Source: Actinomycetota bacterium (lineage in GTDB: Bacteria; Actinomycetota; Thermoleophilia; Miltoncostaeales; Miltoncostaeaceae). Taken from it: a stretch of DNA of 24,000 bases. The stretch is from assembly GCA_020636905.1 (NCBI GenBank), contig JACJWX010000006.1, positions 22,651 through 46,650 of the forward strand. Reading direction: 5' to 3'. Under the pieces are notes generated by a model. It was not told where the DNA came from and did not search any database. It saw only the letters and a program-made list of their open reading frames with translations. Positions 8,272-16,827 of the stretch are shown here, one piece after another (the first letter of the stretch is position 1; every line of letters begins with the position of its first letter). Both the position numbers and the translations under genes were made by a program.

Positions 8272-9347
8272 GACACCGCGCGCCGGTAGGCCGCCACCGT
8301 GTCGGCCACGCATCGACTCCAGCTGAAGCGCGCCGCGTGCGTGCGCATGGCGGCGTCGAGCGCGGCCAGGCGCGTCCGGTCTCGAAGCGCCTCCCCGAGC
8401 GCATCGGCCAGCGCGTCCGGTCCCGGATGTTCGACCACGAGGGCGTCGGGCCCGCCGGCCTCGCGCAGCGCCGCGGTGTCGGCGATCAGGACGGCGCAGC
8501 CGGCGCCGGCCGCCTCGGCGATCGGCAGTCCGAACCCCTCGAAGGCGCTGTTGCTGACCGTCAACGCCGCCGAGCGGTAGAGCTCGTCGAGCCGTTCGTC
8601 GCTGACGTAGCCGACCACCTCGCATCCCTCGTGTGCGAGCTCGAGCACGCTCGCCTCGTCGGAGCCGCCGGATCCCACCACCACCAGCCGGCAGCGGTGC
8701 GGGTCTCCGGCCGCGCCATCCCAGTAGGTGCGGTGCGCGGCGATGAGTTCGGGGACCCGCTTGCGTGGTTCGAACTCACCCACGGTCAACACGATGTCCT
8801 GGCGCGGTTCACGTGCGGCGGCACGGGCGGGGATGCCGGTGTAGGTCACCTGCACCCGTGCCGGTGGGATCCCATAGCGATCCATGACGTCGGCGGCGGT
8901 GGCCGCCGAAACGGTCAGCACCTGGTCGGACCGGCGCGCCGACCAGCGCGTGAAGTGGCGGGCGAACAACCGGAAGGCCCGCGGGTACGCCTCCGGCAGC
9001 ACCTCCCAGGAGAGATCGTGGATCGTCACCACCACCGGAACCGGCGCCGCAAGCGGAGCCCAGTTGAACGGCGCGTGGATGACATCCGCCCTGCGCGCGA
9101 TGGCGATGATCGGCAGTGCGACGTGCGTCCACGCCAGGTCCAGCGTGAGGTTGCCGATGGTGGTGAGCACATTGTGGCGGGGAAACGCGGGTGGGCCCGA
9201 CACCGCCAGGACCGTGATGCCCGGATCGTCCTCGAGTGCTGCCCGCAGCCCGCGGATGTGGCGTGCGCCGCCGGTCCGGCGCCGGGTCGCCATGCGCGCG
9301 TCGAACAGCACCCGCAGCGGCCGCGTCGCGCCATCGGCGTGCGTCAC
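8268..9347 (-). CDS. Glycosyltransferase, GT4/group-1 family
   Basis: 359-aa ORF with VGEFEPRKRVPELI and NSAFEGFGLPIAEAAGAGCAVLIADTAALREAGG. GTG start at 9347 overlaps the upstream stop (GTGA). Confidence 0.85.
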   Translation of the reverse strand: MTHADGATRPLRVLFDARMATRRRTGGARHIRGLRAALEDDPGITVLAVSGPPAFPRHNVLTTIGNLTLDLAWTHVALPIIAIARRADVIHAPFNWAPLAAPVPVVVTIHDLSWEVLPEAYPRAFRLFARHFTRWSARRSDQVLTVSAATAADVMDRYGIPPARVQVTYTGIPARAAAREPRQDIVLTVGEFEPRKRVPELIAAHRTYWDGAAGDPHRCRLVVVGSGGSDEASVLELAHEGCEVVGYVSDERLDELYRSAALTVSNSAFEGFGLPIAEAAGAGCAVLIADTAALREAGGPDALVVEHPGPDALADALGEALRDRTRLAALDAAMRTHAARFSWSRCVADTVAAYRRAVS

Positions 9348-10453
9348 ACGCGCATCGCTTCGTCGTAGACCTCGGCGGTGCGACGAGCGGTCTCCACCCA
9401 GCGGAATCGTTCCGAGCGGCGAAGTCCCATCGCCGCGATTCGTCCGCGCTCGGCCGGGTCGGTCGCCAGCCGCTCGATCGCGCGTGCCCAGGGAAGGGGA
9501 TCCAGGCGAGGCAGCGCCGGCAGGTCGGGGCCGGTCACCTCGACGAGCCCGGGGGCGTCACTTCCGAGCACCGGAACACCCGCCGCCATGGCTTCCAGCG
9601 CGGGAAGGCCGAATCCTTCGATCAGCGACGGCACGATGAGCGCCAGGGCGGCGGCGCGAAGCCGGTTCAGTTCGGCTTCCGAGACGTACCCCAGCAGGTC
9701 GACCCGATCGCTGACTCCGTGGGCCTGTACGAGTCGCTGCAGCCGCGCCGCGCGACGACGCGACCATGGTCCCGCCAGCTTGAGTCGGACGTTCGGCAGC
9801 CGTACGTGGGCGATCGCCTCGATCGCCAGCTCCACGTTCTTGTGCGGTTCCAGGCTCTGCGTGTAGAGGACGTAGGAGCCGGACTCGGGATCGTCCGTCC
9901 CCGCGACCGCCGGGATGATGCCCTCGGGTACGCCATGCGGGACGACGCGGATGCGCTCGCTCGGGATGCCGGCCAGCGAGGCGAGGTCTGACGCCGTCGA
10001 GGTCGACGGGGTGATGACCAGCCGGGCACGCTTCAGGCGTGCGAGGTACGTCTGGTACTCGCGCCGATGCCCCAACTGCGCGCCACGCAGGTACATGTCC
10101 GGAAACCGAAGCGGGATCAGGTCGTGACACGTGGCCACCAGCGCGGGTCCGGAGGGCACGAGCGTGGTCTGCGTGGCGTGGACGAGGCGGGGGCGCAGCT
10201 CGGCGATGCGCTTCTCGCCCCGACGGCGGGTGCGGGGATCCGGGTACCACCGGAATCCCCATTCGGTCATGTGGATCGGGTACTGGACGAAGAGCTCCGA
10301 CGCCGGACAGTCGTCGCGCACCAGCAGGCTCGGACGCTGCTCGGCCTCGAGCTGGCGGAATCCGTCGATCAGCCCTCGGACGTAGGTGCCGATCCCGCGG
10401 CGCGAATGCGGTCCACCAAGAGGAGTGGCATCGAGCAGCACGCGAGGAGGCAT
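9344..10453 (-). CDS. Glycosyltransferase, GT4/group-1 family (first gene of the minus-strand four-GT block)
   Basis: The real start is MPPRVLLDATPLGG (ATG 10453). Motifs: TQSLEPHKNVELAIEA and PSLIEGFGLPALEAMAAGVPVLGSDAPGLVEV. Confidence 0.85.
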   Translation of the reverse strand: MPPRVLLDATPLGGPHSRRGIGTYVRGLIDGFRQLEAEQRPSLLVRDDCPASELFVQYPIHMTEWGFRWYPDPRTRRRGEKRIAELRPRLVHATQTTLVPSGPALVATCHDLIPLRFPDMYLRGAQLGHRREYQTYLARLKRARLVITPSTSTASDLASLAGIPSERIRVVPHGVPEGIIPAVAGTDDPESGSYVLYTQSLEPHKNVELAIEAIAHVRLPNVRLKLAGPWSRRRAARLQRLVQAHGVSDRVDLLGYVSEAELNRLRAAALALIVPSLIEGFGLPALEAMAAGVPVLGSDAPGLVEVTGPDLPALPRLDPLPWARAIERLATDPAERGRIAAMGLRRSERFRWVETARRTAEVYDEAMRV

Positions 10454-10576
10454 GCGCGAACCGTATCCGACAGGTGCCCACCCCGGAATCCCGTCACGAC
10501 ACGGATTCTCGGCAACCGGGCGTGGACGGCGCCTCCGTGCCGGGCCCGCGCACACTCCGGAGCGGACGCCGTCCGT

Positions 10577-12061
10577 TCAGGAGGGTGAGGAGCGACTCAC
10601 CCCGAAGAGCTGGATCTCGTTGATTCCGGCCTGGTACATGTCGGGATTCTCCGCGGTCGCGACCAGCCGGGTGATCCAGACGACGAGCCGCGACGGCGCG
10701 TCGGCCGGGAGGTCGATGCGCTGTTCCTCGCCGTTGAGCGTGGCCACCGCGAGCGGAGGGCCGTCCAGATCACCTTCGGCGCGGATCTCGACGGGGACGC
10801 CCGGCGTCCCCGTGATGGCGATCTGCGTGGGGCGCGAGTCGTCGCCGGTCTCGAGGGTCAGGCCCACGCCCCGCTTCGGATAGCCACCGAATGCGGCACT
10901 CCCCTTGTACCGCTCGGTGAGCCAGGCGGTGTCGAGCTGGCCGTCGGCGACCAGCGGGACGAGGGTCGGCTGCTCGCCATCGCCGCCGTCCGGGTCGTAG
11001 TCGCGCGGGATGAACTGCAGTGCGGTCTGGCGGAGCGTCGGGTCCGAGCCGCCGTTAGGACCTTGCAGCGCCTGGATCGCGAGGACCGCGCCCGCCACGA
11101 GGACCACCGCGGCGACGACCGATGCGAGCAGTGCCAGGGGGCGTCGGGATCGCCGCGGACGTCGCACCCGGCCCGTGGCACCCTCGGGCTCCTCGCGATG
11201 CCAGGGATCGTCGACCGGTGCGATGGCGGCGGTGTCGCCGCCCCCGGGTTCCACCAGCGCCTGCGCGAACGAGCCGGCCGACTGGAACCGCTGCTCCGGT
11301 CGTTTCGCCGATGCACGCATCGCGGCGGCCGCGAGCTGCGCCGGAATCCCACCGCTGACCGACCGGGGATCGGGAAGCGGATCGGTCACGTGGCGCATCG
11401 CGACGCTGACGAAGCTGTCGGCGGGAAACGGCAGACGGCCGGTGAGGCACTCCCACAGCACGATGCCCAGCGCGTAGACGTCGGTCCGTCCGTCGACCGG
11501 CCGGCCCTCGGCCTGCTCGGGCGCCAGGTAGTCCGACGACCCGACCATCATCCCCGTCCGGGTGAGCCCCTGGTCACCGTGCCCCTCGGCGAGCCGGGCG
11601 ATCCCGAAGTCGGTGAGTTTCGCGATGCCCAGATCGTCGATCAGGACGTTCTGGGACTTGATGTCACGGTGCACGATGCCCTGCTCGTGGGCGTACTGCA
11701 GCGCTCGGGCGACCTGGGCGCAGATGGCCCGGGCGTCGTCCGGCGGGAGTGCGCCATACCGCTGGATCCGGGCCTTGAGATCCTGACCTTCGACCAGCTC
11801 CATCACCAGGTAGGGGCCTTCGGCGTCCTCGCCCCGGTCGAGCATCCGGACGATTCCCGGGTGGGAGAGGCGGGCGACGGCTTCGGCCTCGCGGCGGAAG
11901 CGGGCCGCGATCTCCTCGTCGTCCAGCAGCGCCGGACGGAGCCGCTTCAGCGCAACCCAGCGGTCGAGCACCGTGTCGTGGGCCCGCCAGACGGTCGCCA
12001 TCCCCCCGCGTCCGATCTGGATGTCGGGCACGTACCGGCCGGGTGCGGATGTGCTGCTCAC
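10577..12061 (-). CDS. Hanks-type Ser/Thr protein kinase: single TM helix plus extracellular discoidin/F5-8-type-C-like domain
   Basis: 494 aa. Kinase motifs: [11 protein letters not shown] (G-loop), VALKRL (catalytic Lys), [28 protein letters not shown] helix [25 protein letters not shown] (about aa 308-332). The ectodomain contains [10 protein letters not shown] ... and ends in [13 protein letters not shown] start. Confidence 0.93.
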   Translation of the reverse strand: MSSTSAPGRYVPDIQIGRGGMATVWRAHDTVLDRWVALKRLRPALLDDEEIAARFRREAEAVARLSHPGIVRMLDRGEDAEGPYLVMELVEGQDLKARIQRYGALPPDDARAICAQVARALQYAHEQGIVHRDIKSQNVLIDDLGIAKLTDFGIARLAEGHGDQGLTRTGMMVGSSDYLAPEQAEGRPVDGRTDVYALGIVLWECLTGRLPFPADSFVSVAMRHVTDPLPDPRSVSGGIPAQLAAAAMRASAKRPEQRFQSAGSFAQALVEPGGGDTAAIAPVDDPWHREEPEGATGRVRRPRRSRRPLALLASVVAAVVLVAGAVLAIQALQGPNGGSDPTLRQTALQFIPRDYDPDGGDGEQPTLVPLVADGQLDTAWLTERYKGSAAFGGYPKRGVGLTLETGDDSRPTQIAITGTPGVPVEIRAEGDLDGPPLAVATLNGEEQRIDLPADAPSRLVVWITRLVATAENPDMYQAGINEIQLFGVSRSSPS

Positions 12062-12170
12062 GCGGCCGTCGCTCCCGTTGCCGTCGGTACCGGGGATCTC
12101 ACCGGGTGAGGATAGCCGTCCATTCGCAGGGGCGGGAACTCATCGGTCGCGGGGGATTGCGGCGGCTAGA

Positions 12171-12888
12171 ATGGGCGCCATGGCCCAGCAGACCATTCTG
12201 GTTGTTGAGGACGACGAGGCCATCGCGGAGTCGGTGGCCTACCACCTCACCAGGGCGGGACATCGCGTGTTGCGGGCCGGCGACGGCGCGCAGGGACTGC
12301 GGATGTTCAAAGCCCAGCGACCCGATCTCGTCATCCTCGACCTCATGCTTCCGCAGCTCGATGGCTGGCGCTTCACCGAAGAGGTCCGGTCCGAGGACCA
12401 GCGGGTCCCCGTCATCGTGTGCAGCGCGCGCAACAGCGAATACGACCGGGTGCACGGCCTCGAGCTGGGCGCCGACGACTACGTCGTGAAGCCGTTCTCG
12501 ATGAAGGAGCTGACGGCGCGGGTCAGCGCGCAGCTGCGGCCTGGACGTCGATCGCAATCCGGGCGGCCTGGGAGACGATCGAGGTCGAGGGTCTCACGAT
12601 CGACCCGGAGCAGATCCAGGCGTCAGCTACGCGGGTGACACGCCGGTCGGCCTGACACCGCGCGAATTCGAGGTGCTCTACGCCCTCGCCCAGGCGAACG
12701 GCAAGCCGGTGCCCCGGAACCGCCTCTATCGGGACGTCTGGGGGTACGAGATGCTCGCGGGCGATCGGTCGGTCGACGTCTTCGTCCGCAAGCTGCGGCA
12801 GAAACTCCGCCGGGCGATCCCGGACCGGACCTACGTCCAGACCCACTACGGGGTCGGGTACCGCTTCGAGCCCGGAGCGCCCGACTGA
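12171..12888 (+). pseudogene. OmpR/PhoB-family response regulator interrupted by two -1 frame changes in the linker (pseudogene or assembly error)
   Basis: The receiver domain is in frame 0 (VVEDDE, DLVILDLMLPQLDG, YVVKPF ... ARVSAQLR). The linker WETIEVEGLTIDPEQIQ is in the frame of ORF 12419..12655. The winged helix VSYAGDTPVGLTPREFEVLYALAQANGKPVPRNRLYRDVWGYE...DRSVDVFVRKLRQKL...HYGVGYRFEP is in the frame of ORF 12673..12888. Confidence 0.75.
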
Positions 12889-12889
12889 C

Positions 12890-12914
12890 CCACGGGTCAC
12901 GCCCGGACCCGTGG
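12890..12914 (+). terminator. Hairpin just after the response-regulator stop
   Basis: 9-bp stem ccacgggtc / gacccgtgg with a 7-nt loop, starting 2 nt after the TGA at 12886-12888. No U-tract. Confidence 0.4.
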
Positions 12915-13013
12915 ATGTCCGGGCTGTCCGAATCGGATGTTCGGGCCGCATCGGCGCCGCTCGCCTTGCGGGGGCCCATCGGGGTCGGGTACCCTTCCCC
13001 GCGCGGTTTTCCC

Positions 13014-13095
13014 GGGGGGATGCCCGAGCGGCCAAAGGGAACGGTCTGTAAAATCGTCGGCTACGCCTACGGAGGTTCGAATCCTCCTCCCCCCA
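13014..13095 (+). tRNA. tRNA-Tyr (GTA), class II with long variable arm
   Basis: Hand-folded cloverleaf: acceptor GGGGGGA/TCCCCCC, D-arm CCCGAGCGGCCAAAGGG, anticodon stem-loop ACGGT-CTGTAAA-ATCGT, long variable arm, T-arm GGAGG-TTCGAAT-CCTCC. Closely parallels E. coli tRNA-Tyr. No encoded CCA. Confidence 0.9.
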
Positions 13096-13184
13096 TTTTG
13101 TTCAGCACGGAATCCGGGGGAGTGGAGACCCCGCCCTTGCGCTACACTGGCGGCCCGTTGCGGCCGATGCGGTGACGGTGACCT

Positions 13185-13258
13185 CGCCCAGTTAGCTCAG
13201 TAGGTAGAGCACCTCCATGGTAAGGAGGGGGTCAGCGGTTCGAGTCCGCTACTGGGCT
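13185..13258 (+). tRNA. tRNA-Thr (GGT)
   Basis: Hand-folded cloverleaf: acceptor GCCCAGT/ACTGGGC, D-arm GCTC-AGTAGGTA-GAGC, anticodon arm CCTCC-ATGGTAA-GGAGG, T-arm AGCGG-TTCGAGT-CCGCT. Confidence 0.92.
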
Positions 13259-13263
13259 CTCGT

Positions 13264-13337
13264 GGCGGAGTAGCTCAGCTGGTTAGAGCAGCGGAATCAT
13301 AATCCGCGTGTCGGGGGTTCGAGTCCCTCCTCCGCTA
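13264..13337 (+). tRNA. tRNA-Met (CAT), elongator type
   Basis: Hand-folded cloverleaf: acceptor GGCGGAG/CTCCGCT (G1-U72 wobble), D-arm GCTC-AGCTGGTTA-GAGC, anticodon arm GCGGA-ATCATAA-TCCGC, T-arm GGGGG-TTCGAGT-CCCTC. It lacks the three G-C pairs of an initiator anticodon stem. tRNA-Ile2 (lysidine) is not excluded. It lies only 5 nt after tRNA-Thr. Confidence 0.85.
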
Positions 13338-13346
13338 CTGGTTCAG

Positions 13347-13375
13347 GGGCCCGCTGATGCGGGCCCTTCTCGTTT
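13347..13375 (+). terminator. Intrinsic terminator after the tRNA cluster
   Basis: 8-bp GC stem gggcccgc / gcgggccc with loop tgat, followed by the T-rich tail ttctcgttt. Confidence 0.6.
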
Positions 13376-13493
13376 CGGAGCCCGGTTCGCACGTCATCCA
13401 CAGGTGCCGTCGGCAGCCCCGGTAGGGCACCGGGAATCCCGTGCCGCCGGATCGGCGCCGGGCCCGCTGTAGACCCGGCCGCACCGTGCCACG

Positions 13494-15638
13494 ATGCGGC
13501 TCATGCAGATCTCGCCGACGTGGATGCTGGCCCTGGTCCTGTTGCAGGTGCTCGCCTCCGGGGTCTTCTACGTGGCGCGGCGCACCGGGGCTCCCTACAC
13601 GGTGCTGCTCGTGCTCGTCGGGCTGCTGCTCGTCCCGGCGCTCAAACTGCCACCGCTCGCGGCGGCGTTCGGCTTCATCGACGACCTCCGCCTGACGCCG
13701 GATCTGTTGTTCCTGGTCTTCCTGCCGGTGCTGATCTTCGAATCCGGGTACCACATGGACGCCCGGAAACTGCGCGACAACGCCTGGAGCATCGGGGTGC
13801 TGTCGACCGTCGGCCTGGCCGTGTCCACGGCCATCATCGCCGTCGGGGCGCACTTCGCACTCCGACTCGCGGGCGTCGAGGTGCCGCTCATCGCGACGCT
13901 CCTGTTCGGCGCCATCATCTCGGCGACCGACCCGGTTGCCGTGCTCGCGCTCTTCAAGGAGGTCGGCGCCCCGAGACGCCTCACGATGATCTTCGAAGGC
14001 GAGAGCCTCTTCAATGACGGCACGGCGGTCGCGCTGTTCCTCGTGCTGATGTCGATCGCGACCGCCGGGAGCGTGACCACGACACGTGTCGTGTCGGGCG
14101 TCGTGGTGCTGCTGAGCATGGTCCTGGTGGGTGCGGTGTTCGGCCTGGCGATCGCCGGGTCCTTCGCCGCGGCACTGCGCAAGACCAGGAACAACGCGTT
14201 CGTCTCGGCGACACTTCTCGCGGTCTCCGCGCACGTGACCTTCATCAGCGTCGAACTCATCGACGGATCGAGCAACGGATGGCTGACCATCCACGCGTCA
14301 CCCATCATCGCCACCACGGTGGCAGCGCTGTTCCTGGGCAACTACGCCCGCATCAACCTGCTTCCGGACGCCGAGGAATACGTCCACCGCTTCATCGAGC
14401 ACGTGGCGTTCATCGCCAACTCGCTCGTCTTCCTGCTGGCGGGGCTGCTGTTCGCGTCGCTCAACGTGGACTACGCCGGGCTGGCGCTCCCCATGCTGCT
14501 GACGGTCTTCGTGGTCGCCGGCGCACGCGCCCTGTCGGTCTATGCCGTGACGGTGCCGCTGACCCGCCTCGGCGTCGAGGGCGGGATCCCCGCCGCGTGG
14601 AGCCGCCTGCTCGCCTGGGGGAGCCTGCGCGGCGCGCTCGCCATCGTCGTGGTGCTGTTGATCCCCACGGACTTCGCGATCCCGGGGTGGCGACTCGCCG
14701 ACAGCCCGCGAGACCTGCTCATCGCGCTGACCATGTCGTGCATTCTCGCCACCCTGTTCATCAAGGCGCCGCTCATCCGCCCCCTCATGCGACGTCACGG
14801 ACTCGACGGTCTCGAGCCCCTGGACGCGGTCCACCACGCCGATCTGAGCCTCTACCACCTCCGCGGCGAGCGCGACGAGATCGATCGCATGGCCGAGACC
14901 GACGTCATGACCGCAGGCCAGCACGCCGAACTGCTGAAGCGCCTGGACGAGGCCGAGGCCGGCGTCCTGGCACGACGGGAGGAGCTGGTGCGGACCCATC
15001 CCGACGTCGATTCACGGGCGCTCGAGCTGCTCTCTCTGAAGATCGCCATGACCGCCGCGAAGACGTTGTACGCCAACCACGAACTGACCGCCGGCGCCCA
15101 CCGCGACATCGTCAACCGGGTGGCGTTCCGTCGCCACGTGGTCGAGGAGGGCGCCTCGTCGGAGCCCATCCTCGGCCGTGCGAGCTACCGTCACGATCCA
15201 ATCCATCAGCTCGTGAACGTCGCGCACCGGTTCGTGCGCGCCGGACGACCACCCACCCCGTCACTGGTCGATCGGTTCGAGAAACACCGCGGCAAGGCGG
15301 TGGTGAGCGAACAGGTCATCGCGACGCTCGAGGCGATGCAGGCCGAGGTGACACCGCCGGTGTTCGCGCCCGATCAGGTCGATGCCCTTGTGGACCGCTA
15401 CCGTGAGGAATGTGATCGTCACGGCCATGCCATGCAGGCGCTGCTCGCGGCGCACCCCGACGAGGTGGGGGTGCTCACCGACGAGCTGGCGCTCCGCGCG
15501 CTTCACGCCGCCGGCCGCCCCGCGCGCTCGTTCCTCAGCTCGATCGGTGCCGCCGAGTCGATGATCCTCGCCTCGATCGCGGCCGAGGACGGTACCGACA
15601 CGCCCCCGGCGAAACCCTCGCGGTGGCACCGCAGATGA
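13494..15638 (+). CDS. Na+/H+ antiporter, CPA1 (NhaP-type) with long helical cytoplasmic C-terminal region
   Basis: 714 aa. About the first 420 aa are multi-TM and carry CPA1 motifs: FESGYHMD, GAIISATDPVAVLALFKEVGAP, FEGESLFNDGTAVALF. The C-terminal roughly 290 aa are charged and helical. The start is ATG 13494 or 13503. Confidence 0.88.
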   Translation: MRLMQISPTWMLALVLLQVLASGVFYVARRTGAPYTVLLVLVGLLLVPALKLPPLAAAFGFIDDLRLTPDLLFLVFLPVLIFESGYHMDARKLRDNAWSIGVLSTVGLAVSTAIIAVGAHFALRLAGVEVPLIATLLFGAIISATDPVAVLALFKEVGAPRRLTMIFEGESLFNDGTAVALFLVLMSIATAGSVTTTRVVSGVVVLLSMVLVGAVFGLAIAGSFAAALRKTRNNAFVSATLLAVSAHVTFISVELIDGSSNGWLTIHASPIIATTVAALFLGNYARINLLPDAEEYVHRFIEHVAFIANSLVFLLAGLLFASLNVDYAGLALPMLLTVFVVAGARALSVYAVTVPLTRLGVEGGIPAAWSRLLAWGSLRGALAIVVVLLIPTDFAIPGWRLADSPRDLLIALTMSCILATLFIKAPLIRPLMRRHGLDGLEPLDAVHHADLSLYHLRGERDEIDRMAETDVMTAGQHAELLKRLDEAEAGVLARREELVRTHPDVDSRALELLSLKIAMTAAKTLYANHELTAGAHRDIVNRVAFRRHVVEEGASSEPILGRASYRHDPIHQLVNVAHRFVRAGRPPTPSLVDRFEKHRGKAVVSEQVIATLEAMQAEVTPPVFAPDQVDALVDRYREECDRHGHAMQALLAAHPDEVGVLTDELALRALHAAGRPARSFLSSIGAAESMILASIAAEDGTDTPPAKPSRWHRR

Positions 15639-16441
15639 CCGGCCGGCCGCGGCTGGTCGTCACGGGTGGAAGCGGCTTCCTGGGCACCCACGTGATCCCG
15701 CGGGCCGAGGCCGCGGGATGGCACGTCGTGGCGCCATCCTCCGGTGAGATGGACGTCACCGACCCGACGGGGGTGGGTCGCGTGCTGCGGGAGGTCCTGC
15801 CCGCAGCCGTGCTGCACCTCGCCTACCGTCGTGACGACGACGCGGTGATCGTCGAGGGATCGCGGATCGTCGCCGAGGCGGCCGAGCAGGTCGATGCGCG
15901 ACTGGTCCACCTGTCCACCGACGTCGTGTTCGCCGGACGCGCCGGAGCGTACGGCGAGACGGATCCGCCCGATCCGGTCCACGCCTACGGTCGCGCCAAG
16001 GCCATGGCCGAGCAGGCCGTGCTGCGGGCGGCGCCGGGCGCCGTGCTGGTCAGGACCTCGCTCCTGTACGGGACCGAGCACGAGGGCGTCTGCCAGCGGG
16101 ACGTACGATTCGCCCTCGCCGATCCCGCCCACATGGCGTTCTTCCGCGACGAGATCCGGAACTTCACACATGCCGGCGACCTGGCGGACGCCTGCGTCGC
16201 CCTCGCGACGCGACGCGACGTGATCGGTCCGCTCCATGTCTGCGGGTCGGAACCGATGGATCGCTACACGTTCGCCCGGCGTTTCGCGCAATCGGTCGGG
16301 GCGGACGCCGGCGTGCTGCGCGCCGGACACATCGAGGGCTCCGGTCTGGCGAGGCCGGCCCGCGTGGTGCTCGACACGGGCCGTGCGGCGGCTCTCGGGG
16401 TCGCGTGCCGTCCGGTTTCCGCGGTGCTCGGAGCGGCGTGA
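15635..16441 (+). CDS. NAD(P)-dependent sugar-nucleotide reductase, RmlD (dTDP-4-dehydrorhamnose reductase)-like SDR
   Basis: Motifs: LVVTGGSGFLG (Rossmann), EMDVTDP, LVHLSTDVVFAG....YGETDPPDPVHAYGRAKAMAE (YxxxK), LVRTSLLYG. ATG 15635 forms an ATGA overlap with the antiporter stop. GTG 15623 is an alternative start. Confidence 0.8.
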   Translation: MTGRPRLVVTGGSGFLGTHVIPRAEAAGWHVVAPSSGEMDVTDPTGVGRVLREVLPAAVLHLAYRRDDDAVIVEGSRIVAEAAEQVDARLVHLSTDVVFAGRAGAYGETDPPDPVHAYGRAKAMAEQAVLRAAPGAVLVRTSLLYGTEHEGVCQRDVRFALADPAHMAFFRDEIRNFTHAGDLADACVALATRRDVIGPLHVCGSEPMDRYTFARRFAQSVGADAGVLRAGHIEGSGLARPARVVLDTGRAAALGVACRPVSAVLGAA

Positions 16442-16827
16442 CGCTCTCCACCCGACAGGCGCTGCTCGCTGTCGCCCTCGGTGGCGCGGCGGGAACCACG
16501 CTCCGCGTCGGAGTGAGTGAGCTGGTCGGGGTCGACGCCGGTGGTTGGCCCTGGCCGACCCTCGCCGTGAATCTCGCGGGAGCCTGGCTGCTGGCCGTCA
16601 TCGGTACCCGGCTGCTCACCTCCGGGGCAACCGGCGGCTGGCTGCTGCCGATGATTGGCACGGGATTCTGCGGCGCCCTGACGACCTTCTCGACATTTCA
16701 GATTGAGATCATCACCCTCTGGCGGGAGACCGGTCCGCCGGTGGCGGTGGCCTACGCGGTCGTCAGCGTCGTGGTCGGGCTGGCCATCGTCTGGTGGGTC
16801 GCACGACGGCTCGAGGCGGAGCAATGA
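16438..16827 (+). CDS. crcB: Fluoride ion channel CrcB/Fluc, subunit 1
   Basis: About 129 aa with four hydrophobic segments and the signature GTGFCGALTTFSTF. GTG 16438 forms a GTGA overlap with the upstream stop. Confidence 0.9.
   Translation: MTLSTRQALLAVALGGAAGTTLRVGVSELVGVDAGGWPWPTLAVNLAGAWLLAVIGTRLLTSGATGGWLLPMIGTGFCGALTTFSTFQIEIITLWRETGPPVAVAYAVVSVVVGLAIVWWVARRLEAEQ

Noticed and set aside
12915-13203. ORFs 12915..13175 and 12937..13203
   Set aside because: They run straight through tRNA-Tyr and into tRNA-Thr. They are not coding.
13376-13493. Possible fluoride (crcB-motif) riboswitch upstream of the antiporter-crcB operon
   Set aside because: A CCGG/CCGG helix with a UAGGGCA loop and a downstream GCUGUAGACCC loosely mimic the fold. 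The conserved GAUG and CUGAUGA elements of the crcB motif are absent (GUAG appears in both places), and the J-region AAAC is GAAUC. A cmsearch with Rfam RF01734 would settle it; I expect no hit.
13335-14341. Antisense ORFs 13335..14294(-) and 13595..14341(-) opposite the antiporter
   Set aside because: They have extreme Arg/Asp/Glu/His or Ser/Thr/Ala composition with no motifs. The plus frame encodes a textbook CPA1 membrane domain.
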